Source of the DNA: Hydrolagus affinis
Lineage: Eukaryota
NCBI GenBank assembly: GCA_012026655.1
Contig: JAAILG010000201.1
Location: forward strand, 1-64,000
Length of the DNA stretch: 64,000 nt
Direction of reading: 5' to 3'
How positions within the stretch are numbered: position 1 is the stretch's first letter; each line of letters starts with the position of its first letter. Of this stretch, positions 62,100 through 64,000 are shown in pieces. The notes under the pieces were generated by a model that worked only from the letters and a program-made list of their open reading frames with translations, was not told where the DNA came from and ran no database searches. Position numbers and translations under genes: made by a program.

Positions 62100-64000
62100 A
62101 ATTAATCCTTTTGACTTTATTCAATATTAAATATCCATAGTGCATTTAAATTACAAACAGTTCATTGGATTACACTGTGCATGGAAATCAAAGTACAAAT
62201 ATTACATATCAAAAATGTACACATTTTGTGGACAGAGACCTGATTTCTTTAACTGTGATACGTAGTCAATTTCATAATATTTGTATTAAATTACAAAAGA
62301 AACCTTGTACTTATGACTTTGTTACATTATTTCCCATTTACAGACAGAATTAAACATTTATATACATCCAGTACCATTAAACATTAAGTTACATTTCTCA
62401 AATGTGCAAGGTAAAGCAAATGCATTGAACAAAACAATCTGGTATTTTCAATGATTTAAAGTACATTTGAAATAATTTAGAACAAGCTGATGAAGACAAA
62501 AGGATACTTTTAAAAATGTTTGTTTTCTCAAATATATACAAATAAACTTCAGTTTAAGCTTGAATCCCTACAAATTCCAACATAAAGAAAATATTTTTGG
62601 AGCATGCACTGTTTGATCATTCAGGCACATTTCTATGGCTCGCTTTTACAAATGAGGCTGACAGTGGGTCGAACTTGCTGGTTCATCTAATGATGCAATA
62701 CATGAAAAATAGAATAATTAGTTCATTACTAATCAGGGGCATATGGAATTCCCTCTGTACAACGGTGAGCAAAACTCACAAATCAGACCCCCTTGTTACA
62801 ACTCTGAAAATATTTGTTAATTTCTGTAGTCCTATGCACCTTAAAGTGTGCATTTGTACTGTTTTAGACTTAGCATAACTACACACATGCTATCTTAAGA
62901 ATGCTCAGTGCTTATGGATGGTGGAGGAGAAATTTGTTTGAAACAAATCACCCCAACAGTTCTATTTGTTCTGAAAACCCAATTTTATCAACTAGAATAA
63001 CAGATGCCAAAGTCAGGCAGAGACTGAAAATGATGCTTATACAATTTCGATCTGTTACATACATGCAAAGTGTATAGATACAAAAATATGAAGCAAGGAT
63101 CTTCAGCCTACCATAACATGCAGGGGAACGTAAAACAATCCATAGGTTCAATGCTGTTCCTTCCCGAAACATCCCAGGACAATAACGAATTGCTGAACCA
63201 ACATGTATAAAAAAAACTTCCCTCGGCTAAGCAAAAACAAGTACTGCTTTGAGAAAAATACACTGGACTCATTATAATCAAAGCTAAGAATGTTGCAAAG
63301 AGATCAGCTGGACTTTTGATAAAAACAAAGTTTTCAAAAGTTCTGTATCCCTGTATAACAAACTATTTTAGTATAATCTGGGACAAATCAAAGCAAGGGA
63401 TATTGTAGTACCTATTCAAGGTGAGTTTATACATTTGATAGTGAACATCGGTTATAAATTGAAATATTGATTCTATACTGTAGTTTTTTTTGCTCGTTTA
63501 TAGAAATCATACAGCTTTGTTTAAAAAAAGGGTTTCCTTATTGCACATAGATGCTTCCATCTACCAATACTGAAAAAATAACAACTTCTAATGTTAACAT
63601 TTAGCTAGTACCTCAACATTATAATGGACTATTTAATCCCAACAGGTATTATTTCTATTCTAGGACAAAGGACATTTAGTGTTGCAACCAAGGTAGCTTC
63701 AAACAATATCCACATCATGTTTAATTATAAGAGTATGGATGCTGCGTTCTGTGTTATGCTAAACTAGCAAAATGCTTCATGCATTAGTTGTCCTTTCTGA
63801 TGCATAATTGAATGGACCAGAAAACCTATTATGTGACAAAAGAAATCCCATCATCCTCAAATCACGAGGTGGGGCCAGAGCTGCAGGCCTGCAGTATTGT
63901 AAACCACTGACGAGAACAACAGCATGGCTGATTTCCTTAATATGTAAACTGTTGTATTGGTGCGAGTTACAAATCATGACATTGCACTAAATTGTCTCAA
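62100..64000 (-). other. Possible distal 3' UTR of the next gene (LMTK2 expected by synteny)
   Basis: AT-rich, repeat-poor, minus-strand AATAAA at 62116-62121. No coding sequence visible, so the identity is inferred only from human gene order. Confidence 0.3.

Overview
Vertebrate nuclear DNA; the repeat content (CR1 and L2 LINEs, a tRNA-headed (TAT)n-tailed SINE, Penelope-like remnants) points to a cartilaginous fish, possibly a chimaera. The window holds a conserved syntenic block: the last two coding exons and long 3' UTR of BAIAP2L1 (+), complete BRI3 (-, 3 coding exons, 134 aa), complete TECPR1 (+, 24 coding exons, 1209 aa, all GT-AG introns with consistent phases), BHLHA15/MIST1 (-, one coding exon, 167 aa), and probably the LMTK2 3' UTR at the right edge (synteny only). 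Gene and repeat names come from recalled sequence similarity, not database searches, and repeat boundaries are approximate. I found no convincing novel protein-coding system. The best leads are non-coding: a 58-60 bp periodic motif/spacer array upstream of BRI3; a predicted BHLHA15 5' UTR with a uORF whose stop overlaps the main ATG and with complementary microsatellites; a decayed hammerhead ribozyme in a Penelope-like remnant; tiny L2 tails at deletion breakpoints; a template-switch palindrome; and a CTCF-like site between the divergent BRI3 and TECPR1 promoters.
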